The position numbers and the translations under genes are program-made. From assembly GCA_000708835.1 (NCBI GenBank), contig DF237039.1, positions 124,001 through 188,000 of the forward strand: a stretch of 64,000 nt of DNA. Reading direction: 5' to 3'. This stretch comes from Klebsormidium nitens (taxonomy: Eukaryota; Plantae; Klebsormidiophyceae). This document shows positions 11,201 to 21,206 of this stretch, one piece after another (within the stretch, counting starts at the first letter, position 1; each line of letters begins with the position of its first letter). Below the pieces are notes generated by a model. The model did no database searches and was not told the origin of the DNA. It saw nothing but the letters and a program-made list of their open reading frames with translations.

Positions 11201-14200
11201 CGCAATGTCGAGGATGCTGGTGAAAACGAGAGCAGAACCGCAGAAAGAAGCATTCTCTCCGGGGATCCGAGAGAAAAATTTGCGGATTGAGTGCTCGTGT
11301 TGCTTTCGTTGCTTTGTTTCAAAAGTTGTGGATTCCTGCAACAACCTCTGTTCTGCAACAAGGCCAGGTGATAAACATGGTTGTCCGTGACTATCCGAGG
11401 ACTTTCTTCTCTGCGATACCAGCCTGTGGTGGAATTGGGTCTCGCGTGCTCCGATGTTTTCCATCGCCGTTTGCTGACTAGCCTCAAAATCGGGTTTCGA
11501 AGCGGCGCAACCAGCCGTTGGTTCTGTCGTCATCTCTCATCGCCACTGCGCCCTCTTAATACCCAGATTTCGGAGGTGGGCAGCAAGTGGCTGCGCATCA
11601 TGACCGACATGGACAATCTGCACGCGAAGCTGAAGGCCGGGGGCGCAACGGACCCCTCACAGGCCGGGCGGGTTGTCCGCCCGATGAAGAGGACGGTCGC
11701 AGCATCTACAGCTTCGGCGGATCAACAGGATATGAAGGTGAGAGCTTTCTGCCGTTCTGCCTGGCCTTTCTAAATTGCCTGCCAGATTTTGCTAATCTGC
11801 TCTCATCTTTATTTTGGCCGTCTTGTCTGGTATACTGCTGCCTTGCACGAAAGCTTATCTTCTTCAGGGGTCTAGGGCAGAGTCTCAGTAAACACAGCCG
11901 GGTGACAACCACTCTTCTCGTGATTCGTAAATGCGACTCTATCAACCAAGTCCGGCTAGAACAGCGAACGGCCCTCGAGCTCCCAAGCGTGCTGTATGAT
12001 ATCGGCGCTTCTGCATGTTTGTCATTTGCCGCCGTTATCTTTTCTCGTTGATGTCCTTGATGCTGGAAGGCTTAGCCTGTGCTCTTGAAGCCAAACAAGG
12101 CCCCGCTTCACTTGTCCCCTCGACAATTCAGAGTCCCCTCAAGAATTCAGCATCCTGCCCGTTCTGTCTTTGCAACCATCCCCGCCCGCCCATCGCTTCT
12201 CACTGCATCTATCCAATGCAATGTTCGTGCAGGAGATCGAGGCTCAGTCAACTTCAGACACGCAAGATTTCTTGCTACCTAGAGGCGAGGCCCCGGCGCC
12301 TTCCACCACGCCGACATTGGCACGAGGGAAGATGCCCAGTGCCAGCCCCACGTCAGTTCTCCAGGCTGTCTCGTCGCCGTACGGGACAGAAGGGGCACTT
12401 GGCAGCAGCGATGAGGTGCGACTGTATTCTCGAGAAAGCTTGCTGGGCGTTTTGCATAGCACCTCGATTCAATAAAGATGAAAAGCTAAAGAGTCTGGAC
12501 TTATTATTACTCTATTAATGGGGGCCTTGTGTCTGCTTCTGAACCGCTCGTGAAGGTCGCCCAGGCGAAGGTGTGTCAGACGCATAGCTTTTGGCAGATA
12601 TAATGCTTTACCAATGCGGCACGGTGGTCAATCTGTCCCTTACGTCCCCGCTACTAGCACCGCCACTGAGGTCTGCTGACAGGTCTCCACTTTGCGAACC
12701 TTGAGACTGCTTTAACGGCCTGAAAATCCTCGCCCGAACAAAGTCAGCGCTCGTTAGATCGTCAGTTTGCAGACGAAACTGCTATTTCGGAAGCCGTAGG
12801 TGTGAAGAAACGGTAAATCCGCCAGAAAGCATTGGAGCTAGATCGTCAAAGTGTTCAAAAGTTCTCACTTTCCACCTCCGGGCTCACTTATTACGAGCAT
12901 TCCTTGCAGGAGCCAAGTATTCTCACGAGGAGTGCGAAGACTGCGCTGGTGCTCCCCGCCCGCCCTGTGGATTCGGCGACCAAGACATGGGAGTTCCCCT
13001 CTATCCGGGAGCAGTCACCCTTGACGGTTTATCGCACTACAAAGCTGAGCGGAGCCGATGTGGAAGGGGCAGACGGCAAGACTTTCGAGGCAAGACTGCA
13101 AAGCTTTTCCGCGTTTGTTTTTGAGTGGTGCTCTGCTTCAAAAAGACCGCGCTTCAGTGCAATTATCCGTGCTTTGAGCTCTCTCTGCCACAAAGTGTCC
13201 GTTGGAAGGCGAGCTTGGTAAGTAAAGGCCGAAGCAAGCAACTGAGGCGGTAAGAGGGACGGAGGGGTGTCAGGGACGCCACGCACTCATGCAGACTATG
13301 TCAGAAGGCATTTGTTCATCCAGCCGACCGCAATGAGAAGGTGGTCCCAGCACCCTGCATGTCAAAGGTGTCCTCAGTTCTGCTTGTCAAAACTTCAGTG
13401 TTTATAATCCTCGAACTCGTTGGAGCGGGTGCCACAATTCTGTGGAGAAGTACTTCAAGCAGATAGATTGAGTTAGAGCCGAGCACGTTGGAGTTCCACT
13501 TTCAAAAAGCTCTCTCCGACAACACAGAAGGTGCGAGTGTGCTCTGAACCCTCTCCTCTGCTACACAGAAATATACTTCCAAGGCTGCTTCCGAGATCGA
13601 GGAGGAAGTGCCCTCTTTCATGGGCTTCGCAACTCTCTCCAAGAACGGAAACGAAGGGACAACGGTTTTGGAGGGGCCAAAAAGCACCGGAACGCTTTCC
13701 CCACCTCTGGAAAAGCAGTCGATGAAGGCTGTCGCCTCCACCGACCGCGTTATCGGCGATGCCACGGTTCCGGCCGCGGATCCAACGGAAGCGACCGGAA
13801 TTACTCCGGAAGCCGCCCCAGCTGCGCTGCCTGCGCGCGCGTCGTCCCGGCAGAAGGCGACCAAGACGAAGGAAGACGGGCGGGCGAAAAAAACCTCCCA
13901 GAAGGCGCTTTTCAAGGATACCTTTGCCTGGACCAAAAGCCCAGCTGACAAGACGTCGTCGACTGGTGCGAAGGAGAAGGGCCCCGCTGCCGTCAAGCAG
14001 ACTCGGGCCGGAACGGTGAAAGAGAGCCCTGCGATTGGAGACGGGAAACTCGGCCGCCCTAAGCGCCCGGCCTTGGCGCCCTTGACGGTGAGGCTTCGCA
14101 CTTAAGGCGATATTATTTTTACCTATGCTTTTGTTGATTTTTGGGGAGAAAGCGATTGGCTCCGGTTCTCGCTGACTCCCAAGATTTTGGGAAGTTCGTT

Positions 14201-17200
14201 GGTGCAAATCACGGCGGCTGATCGATGGCTCATTTTCATACCCGAACAAAGGTAGGCACTTTCGAGAACCCGAGCTTTTCTGGACAGAAACTTGTGAAAA
14301 TGACGGTTATCGACGCACTGGGGAGCATCTGCAGCCGGTTGCATTGTAGGGCGGATATGGAAGTCTCTCCGTAGTCAAAGCGACTTGGAGATTGCTGGCA
14401 GTCAGCCTGGGTGCTTTGCGCTTCACTTCGTGATACTCTAGAGCACTCGGTTTACTGCTCTTCTCCATCAGAATTGCTTGCTTCTCTTATTAAGGTAGCC
14501 ACAAGTCAGTATCTCCTCCAATCAAGGCGGTCTCTTTCCTAAGCCCTCCCGCGTTTGTGCAGATTCCGGAGCCTCCCACGGACGTTGACGATCGTCCGGT
14601 TCGTCCGCTGAAGGCGTCCGCCCCGGTCACGTCTCCAGACAGGCCGAAGACGGCCGAGGTGCGTGGTGTTGATTGCATTGGATTTTCGAGTGCTGTCGAT
14701 GTGGTATACGGCATTAAAAGTCGGTCGGCCCTTCCGAACTCTGTCCTCGGACGAAATCCTCGATCCAAGAAAACATTCTATTAGCAAGTCTGTAACTTCC
14801 GAGGTCAGGCTTGCTTCTGGTCAGGCTTCCTTCGATGGGTGGGCCACTTGAACTAGAGCAGAATCGCTGAGTAATGAATCAGATTAAGCAGATCTACTCC
14901 TCCGCAAACAGGACTCCCAAAAGAGGGTCAAAACGTGAGCGACTTCTATACGGGTTGCCCTTGGAACGGTTGAATGTAGCCCCTTGGATCGAGATGGAAT
15001 CTGTTGAAACTGCTTCAGGCTTCAAATGTTACCCTAAGCTCTCTGTCTTCTCCAACTGTGCACCATCTTTATATTGCTTTTTTACTCGTGGAGGTTGTCC
15101 GTTGTTTGGTCAGCTTCAGCCGAAAGTGCCGCTCCGTAATTCGTGATTCGCCGGAATCTAGCGAGCCGTTTGCTTGAGGTTCTATCTGTAAGCGACTGTC
15201 TACTTTCTGACAAATGTTCATCGTCTGCAGGAGATGATTGCCAACTACATGTCCCTCGAGCACAACAGCACCCTGAAGCGCGTCAAGGCCAAAGCCCGGG
15301 CGGCCCTCGCATCCAAGGACGAGGAGATCCGCTCGCTGCGCGCGCGCCTTCTCGAAATGGAAAGCACGTCAACCAAATCGGAGCTCGTTCTCACTGGTGC
15401 GGACGGCTCAGAGTTCCTCGGCGAAATCGAAAAGCTGGGGGATGACTTGACAAAGAGCCGTGCCGCCGAAGTAAAGGCGGGCGACTCGGAAGACGCGCTA
15501 GTGGCGGCGGAGGGGCGCATCGCGGAGCTCGAGGAGCGCCTGATCACCGCACAGGAAGACACGCACATCATCGCCACCCGGCTGGGCGCCAAGATGCGAC
15601 AGCAAGACGAGGACCTCCAGAGCGCGGAATCCGAGCGGAACGAGCTCGAGCGGCAGATCGCGGAGCTGAAAACTCAGGTCGGCCGCGCCCAGAAAGACGG
15701 CGACGACGTGGCGGCCCGCGGCGCGCGGCTCGTGGAGGAGAACGCGAAGCTGCGCGACGCGGCCGCGGCGCTGGAGCGCCAGCTGGACGAGGTCGCGCGT
15801 GGGCGTGCGCGCGCGCGCGCCGAGCGCGACGAAATCGCAGCCGAGCTGGAGGCGTTGGGCGCGATCGCGGACGTGCTGCAGCGGCAGCTCGCGAGCACGG
15901 GCGCACGCGCGCGCGACTTTGAGGCGGAGCTGATGGCGACCCAGGACGAGAGCGGCCGGATGCGCGCAGAGGTGCTTGCGCTGCGGGCGAAGCTGGAAGG
16001 GAAGAGCGGAGAGCTGGCAGCGGTGCGGGCGGAAGTGGCGAAGGAGAGGGAGGCCGCGGCAGATCTCCAGGCCAAGGTCGAGGTAAGGCGCCAGTGTTGC
16101 GTGCGGATGATCGATTCTTGCTTTTGTCGAGGAGGTGGAAATATGCGTTTGTGGTGCCAGTCCTTGCTCTTTTGTACTTATCCGTCTCACCGGTTTTCTT
16201 TTCGCTGGTTAACGAAAAGTGGCCATGACTGGGTAAGGGTGACGTTGTCTGAGAGTTTGCTGAAATGCAGCAGTGTTTCCTTTCTTGAGACGCTCTCTGA
16301 AATCCGTTCTAAAACGACAAGCTCGCATGACCTGTTTAGAACATTGATCGAACGAGACCATCATGAAACTCCGTACCACGTGCCATCGGAAATCGGATCC
16401 TAGACTTTTTGCGCTGAGATCTGTTTTCGAATTTTACACGGCGCAGCGACCTTATGTGGATCTTTTCCTTTTTGAGGAACGCCAGGATTTCAGTCAGCGC
16501 TCAACTGTGCGCACCTTCACCAGAAAATGGCCTTTCGTGATCATCTCTCGAAGGACGAGGGCGTGTCAAGCAGTGTTTTGGACGAGCGGGCTTGTCTCTG
16601 GCTTTGTGTAGCGCACTTTTGCGTTGGTCACTTTCTTTCGCAGGACGAGAAAAATAGCCAAGCTCTATTGGGTACCCAGAGCCGTATGTAGTTGCGTATG
16701 AGGCTTTTCTTGGACCTCACTCTGGTCGTTTCGTTGCACTTCTCCAGGAAGCTGAGGCCGCACTCAAGGAGGAGCTCCGTCGTCGCGACCAGTTCGAGAC
16801 CGCGGAAGCGGAGCGGCTCAAGCAAACGCTCGCGCACTCAGTGACGGCGCTCGCGCAGACGCAACAGGAGGTGACGGTGCTCAAGAAGATCACCGAAGAG
16901 GTCAGCGGCGCGACCAAGGAGAAGGAGACCGAGGCGGAGCAGCTGGCGGGCGAACTAGGCGCGGCGCGCGCTGAGCTGGCGCGACTGCAGCAGGAGCTGG
17001 ACGCAGCGCGGGGGCTGACGTCAGAGCTCACGGAGGCGCGCGCGAAGCTCCTGAGAGCGGAAGGGGACCTCGCGGCGGAGCGGAAGGAGGCGGCCGCGCT
17101 GGCGACCGAACGGGAGAAGGAGATTAAACGGCTGTCGGTCGAGCTAGTGCAGAGCCTGGAGGCGCTTCAGCGGCTCGCGGAAGAGCGCCGCGCGCTGCGC

Positions 17201-19720
17201 GCCGCCAGTGAAGCGGCCGCGGCAAAGGGCCTAGACACCGAGCGCCTCGCGGCAGAACTGGAGGGGGCGCAGCGGGCGCTCGAGAAAGCGGAGGCTGACG
17301 TCAGCGTGCAGGAGCGCGCGGCCGCGCAGTCAGCGGAGGAGCTCGCGGAGCTGCGCGCCGCGATGGAGGCGCTGGCGGTCAAGGTGGCGACGCTGGAGGA
17401 AGAGAGAACTAGGATGGGCGCACTTATCGAGGAGAAGGAAGCCGCGGCGCTGCGATTGCTGGACGAGGTGGCGGGGTCCGGGGCGGCACTCCTGAAGACG
17501 CAGCAAGAGCTGAACGCGGCGCGCGTGGTGAACCGGGATCTTTCCGCCGCAGTGCCGGAGAAGGACCGGGACATCGCCAAGCTGAGGGCCGAACTGGCGG
17601 CGATGAGCGCGGCCCTGCTGACGTCACAGCGGGCGCTGGAATCCGCGGAGAAGCGGAGCGGCGAGGCGGCCCGGGAGAAAGAGCGCGAGCTCGCGCGCCT
17701 TGAGGAGGAGCTCGCGCACTCGCAGGCAGCGCTGGTGGGGGCGCAGAGCGAAGTGAAGGGTCTGCGCGCGAGCGAGAAAGCGGTCGGGGAGGCCGCCCGG
17801 GGAAAGAGACAGGTGGCGGGACAGCTGGCGGCGGACTTGGCGGAGGCGCAGGCGGCCCTTGGAGAAGCCGGCCGCGAGTTGGGCGTTTTACGGGGAGCAA
17901 ACCAGAAGCTGGTGGAAACCGGGAAAGAGAAGGAGGGGACGGTCGCACAGCTGAAAACTGAGATCGAGGAGCTACGGGCAGCATTGGCGAAGTCAAGCCA
18001 GGATTTGAAAGCGCTCGAGGAGGCGCACTCGAGGGCCGGGGAGACGATCCTGGCGAAGAGTGCGGAGGCGGCGCGCGCCTCGGACGAGCTCGCGCGCGTT
18101 TCGGCGGAGCTCGCGCGCGTGCGTGCGGTCCTGGCCGCAGCCGAGCAGGAGGCCGCGGCGTTGCGCGAGGTGCGCGACGGGATGCGCGAGGCGGAGCGCG
18201 GGGCCGAGCAGAAGCTCGCGCGAGAGGCGGACGAGTTTGCGGCGACTCTGGCGGCGAAACTGCGCGAGGTGGAGACGCTGGAGTTGGAGAAACGCGCGCT
18301 GCGCAAGGAAGCGGCCGCGCGCGAGAACCGGGTGCACGAACTAGAGGCGGCGGTGGAGGCGGCCGCCGATGAGAAGGCGGCTCACACGGAATCCTCCGAG
18401 CTGGCTGACTTCTACGATGCGCGTTCGGGCGAGGTGAGATTAGCTGTCGGTTGAGTGCGGCCGACTGAGAGACGTGTCCACAAAATGGGGCAAAAGAGAC
18501 CAAGGAAGCGCTGAAAGGTTAACAGGCTTCGCAGAGGAAGCAAGCGAGACGAGATCACAGCAGACATGTCAGATCGAGGCCATCCGCTCATCAATGACGT
18601 AAGGCGCCTTGAATTTTGGGTGGGCCTCCAACCATCCTTTGTCGGACTCCGTGAGAGAGAAATTGCCTCGGTAGAAGGAGACTCACATTATGTGTCTCCC
18701 TAAGAGTTTACAAACTTCCCTGCAGTCTCCAAAGGCTTGAATTCACCGGTAATAATAGTGGCTTTCCGTCGTTCAAGGTGTTCGCCTTCCCGTTGTGCTT
18801 ATTGTTGTAAGCGTCTTATTCTCAGCCGGCCTCGAATCTCGCTCACCAAGTAAACGTTGAACGTACAAAGACACAAGTGCGTACGAGCGAGGCCGCCCTT
18901 GAGACGGTCCCAAGTACAACCATTCGGAACTCAGATCACGACATCGATCCTGTGGACATTCACCTTGTCGAGAATTTGCGGCAACTCAGCCCTTATCTTC
19001 TGCCTTTTTGACGTTGCAGGCAACGCACGAGAACGAGAAGCGTAATCTAAGCACAGTTCTTTCCCTGAAACTCCTTTGTGACTGAATATATCTTTTCTAC
19101 TTTTTACCTTTTTGCAGGCAACGCCCGAGTGCAAGCAGGGGTGATGGTTTATGGTTGTCCTCCTGAACCGGTACTTACCTTTCACTAATACTTCTGCAGG
19201 CCACGCCCGAGAGCAAGAACCGCGGCGCGAGTCCGGTTGTCCTCCCCAGTAGCTTCCCCTCGGGGCAAGCCACCATTCTGGTGGACAGCGACGAGGAGCC
19301 GGTGCTAGAGACGGACTTGCCTGCGGCAGAAACCGCAGTGGGGAGCCCTCAGGCGTGGTCCAAGGTTCGCAGATTCCCGGCAATCTTTCGTACTGGAAAT
19401 GAATTGGTCTCTTTGTTCGCTGGGCAGCACTTGGGAGTGTGCCCTCTCTTGCGGACAGCTCGAGGAGAGTACTTTCGCGTTGCTTTCAACTTGATATTGG
19501 ACATGGGTCTGGCGCTTGTGAGAGCAGATTTTTGGTTCTTCTTGCAATCCCTGTTCTGGTTGTGTGGAGATGTTCGGTGCGCACTAGAGTCTCCGAAAGG
19601 AAGCTGCCGGGTCCCGTATAGCAAGCGCTGACGGAACTTGTGACGTTTCTGCGACCTTTTGTGAGAGCTTGGTATCTGGTATATTTGTAGGAGCGCCCTC
19701 AGGCGTTTGAGGCGCTCTGA
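5280..19720 (+). CDS. Giant multi-exon protein of unknown function (~1,800 aa): N-terminal PLPGDG repeats, S/P/K-rich low-complexity middle, long C-terminal coiled coil
   Basis: Modelled in-frame exons with canonical splice sites: 5280-5333 (start uncertain), 5903-6010, 6346-6417, 6544-6615, 6818-6922, 7170-7457, 7716-7787, 7920-7991, 8217-8315, 8489-8587, 8871-8975, 9368-9439, 9578-9649, 9947-10048, 10372-10467, 10971-11096, 11567-11737, 12233-12415, 12910-13089, 13569-14087, 14563-14658, 15231-16082, 16748-18433, 19200-19364, 19691-19720 (TGA). It could be split into two genes; the frame is continuous in this model. Confidence 0.7.
6346..9649 (+). repeat. Six paralogous 72-nt exons each encoding a 24-aa repeat (consensus PLPGDGxWxYxxGSxEAxxNxxF[KQ])
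   Basis: 6346-6417 PLPGDGFWKYAPGSEEAEANLPFK; 6544-6615 PLPGDGFFKYLDTFDSTEHNPTFQ; 7716-7787 PIPGDGYWQYSDEAAVAVPTLPFK; 7920-7991 ALPGDGFWLYPAGSEEARHNPAFQ; 9368-9439 PLPGDGYWHYPLGSETTEANLPFK; 9578-9649 ALPGDGVWVYPFGSNEAQLNAAFQ. Each is flanked by CAG and GT. Confidence 0.92.
16841..18150 (+). repeat. ~42-aa (6-heptad) periodic repeat within coiled-coil exon
   Basis: Successive units start TALAQTQQEV, AAMEALAVKV, AALLKTQQEL, AALLTSQRAL, AALVGAQSEV, AALGEAGREL, AALAKSSQDL. Spacings among the last six are 42, 42, 39, 42, 42 aa, and an EK[ED]-like motif recurs about 26 aa into most units. Confidence 0.75.
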
Positions 19721-21206
19721 GGTGGGCTTCTGCAAGGGATACTTTTTCATTGACAGACACTAGCAGGAACCATTGCTCAACCAGCGCTGACGGCCCCGTT
19801 CCCCGTGCAATTCCTGCAGATGTGGACTGGTTGGTATGGTGAGACGACGCCTCCTGGGGGAAAGAGCAGGAAGGGCCGACTCTCGTCGTGATGGCGACGT
19901 CCACTAGGGGCGTTTAGGTGTTCTATATACGTGTTGTTTCGTTGTGAAGGTTTTGTGATATGTCCGCACGCAGCAACGCTTACAAGGGCGGATTGTCCGA
20001 TAATTCGCATAGATGTGAGCGATGCTTTCTACCGCGACAAAAGACGGTTATGATTTTAAAAGTGCAGCTTCTGGGTCTCTTTGCAATCTCGTGCTGACGT
20101 GAGGGCCCTCGAGTTACTAGGTTAAGGAGGATCAAACTCCCAAAGGAGAAAACTTATTGTTGCGGTATTGCTGGTACACTTAGAGCCTCAAAACAAGTCT
20201 AGTTCTAAGCATACATATTTGCGGCATTCTCCGAGGCTTACGTTTTGTGAGCCAGAACCTACTTGTCTAAATAACAGTCATTTCAAATAGCAGACTCTAT
20301 TTTTGGATATACAGAATAGCATTGAACTCGTAGCAAAATGCTGAAACTTAAAAGTATAACCTCTCATAACGTGACTTCTTGCTTGTTTTCTTTGTTGCGC
20401 CTCTATCAACGTATTTGTCTGAACCTGCGCCATAACGGCACTGATTCACGTGTCAACTCAACGTTGACATTGAATTGAGGTGCCCAAGGCCGCCTGCAGC
20501 GTGTAACACGCATGCCTGTAAATGCAATTCCACTCCCGAAATTATGGCGTACTTGTTCATGTAGAACTTAACAGGCCAGCCGTGACGACGATATAAGTAT
20601 ACCAAATCTGGAAGTCACCACGCGTGAGAGCGTTCGTTCCGGATTAGATCGATCCGACATGTATACATGATTACTCACACCTTATCGCCCTTCGACACGG
20701 CGGCTGAGCGCAGGCTGCATATATATCCGCGAACGTCGAACATGGACAGCTAGGTACAGATGAACGATGTATGCTCAGCATGCAGATTGCGCATCCAAGC
20801 ATGCATGCGCCTGCGTGGGCAATTGACTCACCAACTTATCTAGTTACATAGAGTCAGCCGATCATGCAATGCAGGTACGAATAGTTGATATAACATCGTA
20901 CAAATCTGTGTGGCGTCACTTTGTGGTGCCACTGTCTGCAGCATGACGCCACATGCATGTGCTGGTGCGCGGCCGGAAGCACGTGAGCAATACACCGAGG
21001 GTTTATGAATCCCAAGGCATGCAAATCGCACAAACCAGCTTGCGACACTACGTCCCCCTTTCGTCTCACTTCTGCGGATTCGAGTGCTTTACACACTATT
21101 CTGCCCGCAGACAGTTTCTATTGAGGAAAAACTCTATGCACTAGTTCGAGATAACCCAAAGCTGGGTGACAGCGTAGAAACGCTGTCACCCGGCCGACTT
21201 TACGCC

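Noticed and set aside
14088-14105. Stop at 14105 as the end of the giant gene
   Set aside because: An in-frame GTGAGG donor at 14088 and downstream phase-0 exons (14563, 15231) lacking their own clear start suggest read-through by splicing. A gene split cannot be fully excluded.
15245-18503. Long antisense and alternative-frame ORFs (e.g. 17167..18306, 17424..18503, 15498..16190)
   Set aside because: Ser/Ala/Arg/Pro-rich shadow frames expected from very GC-rich coiled-coil codons; no independent coding signal.
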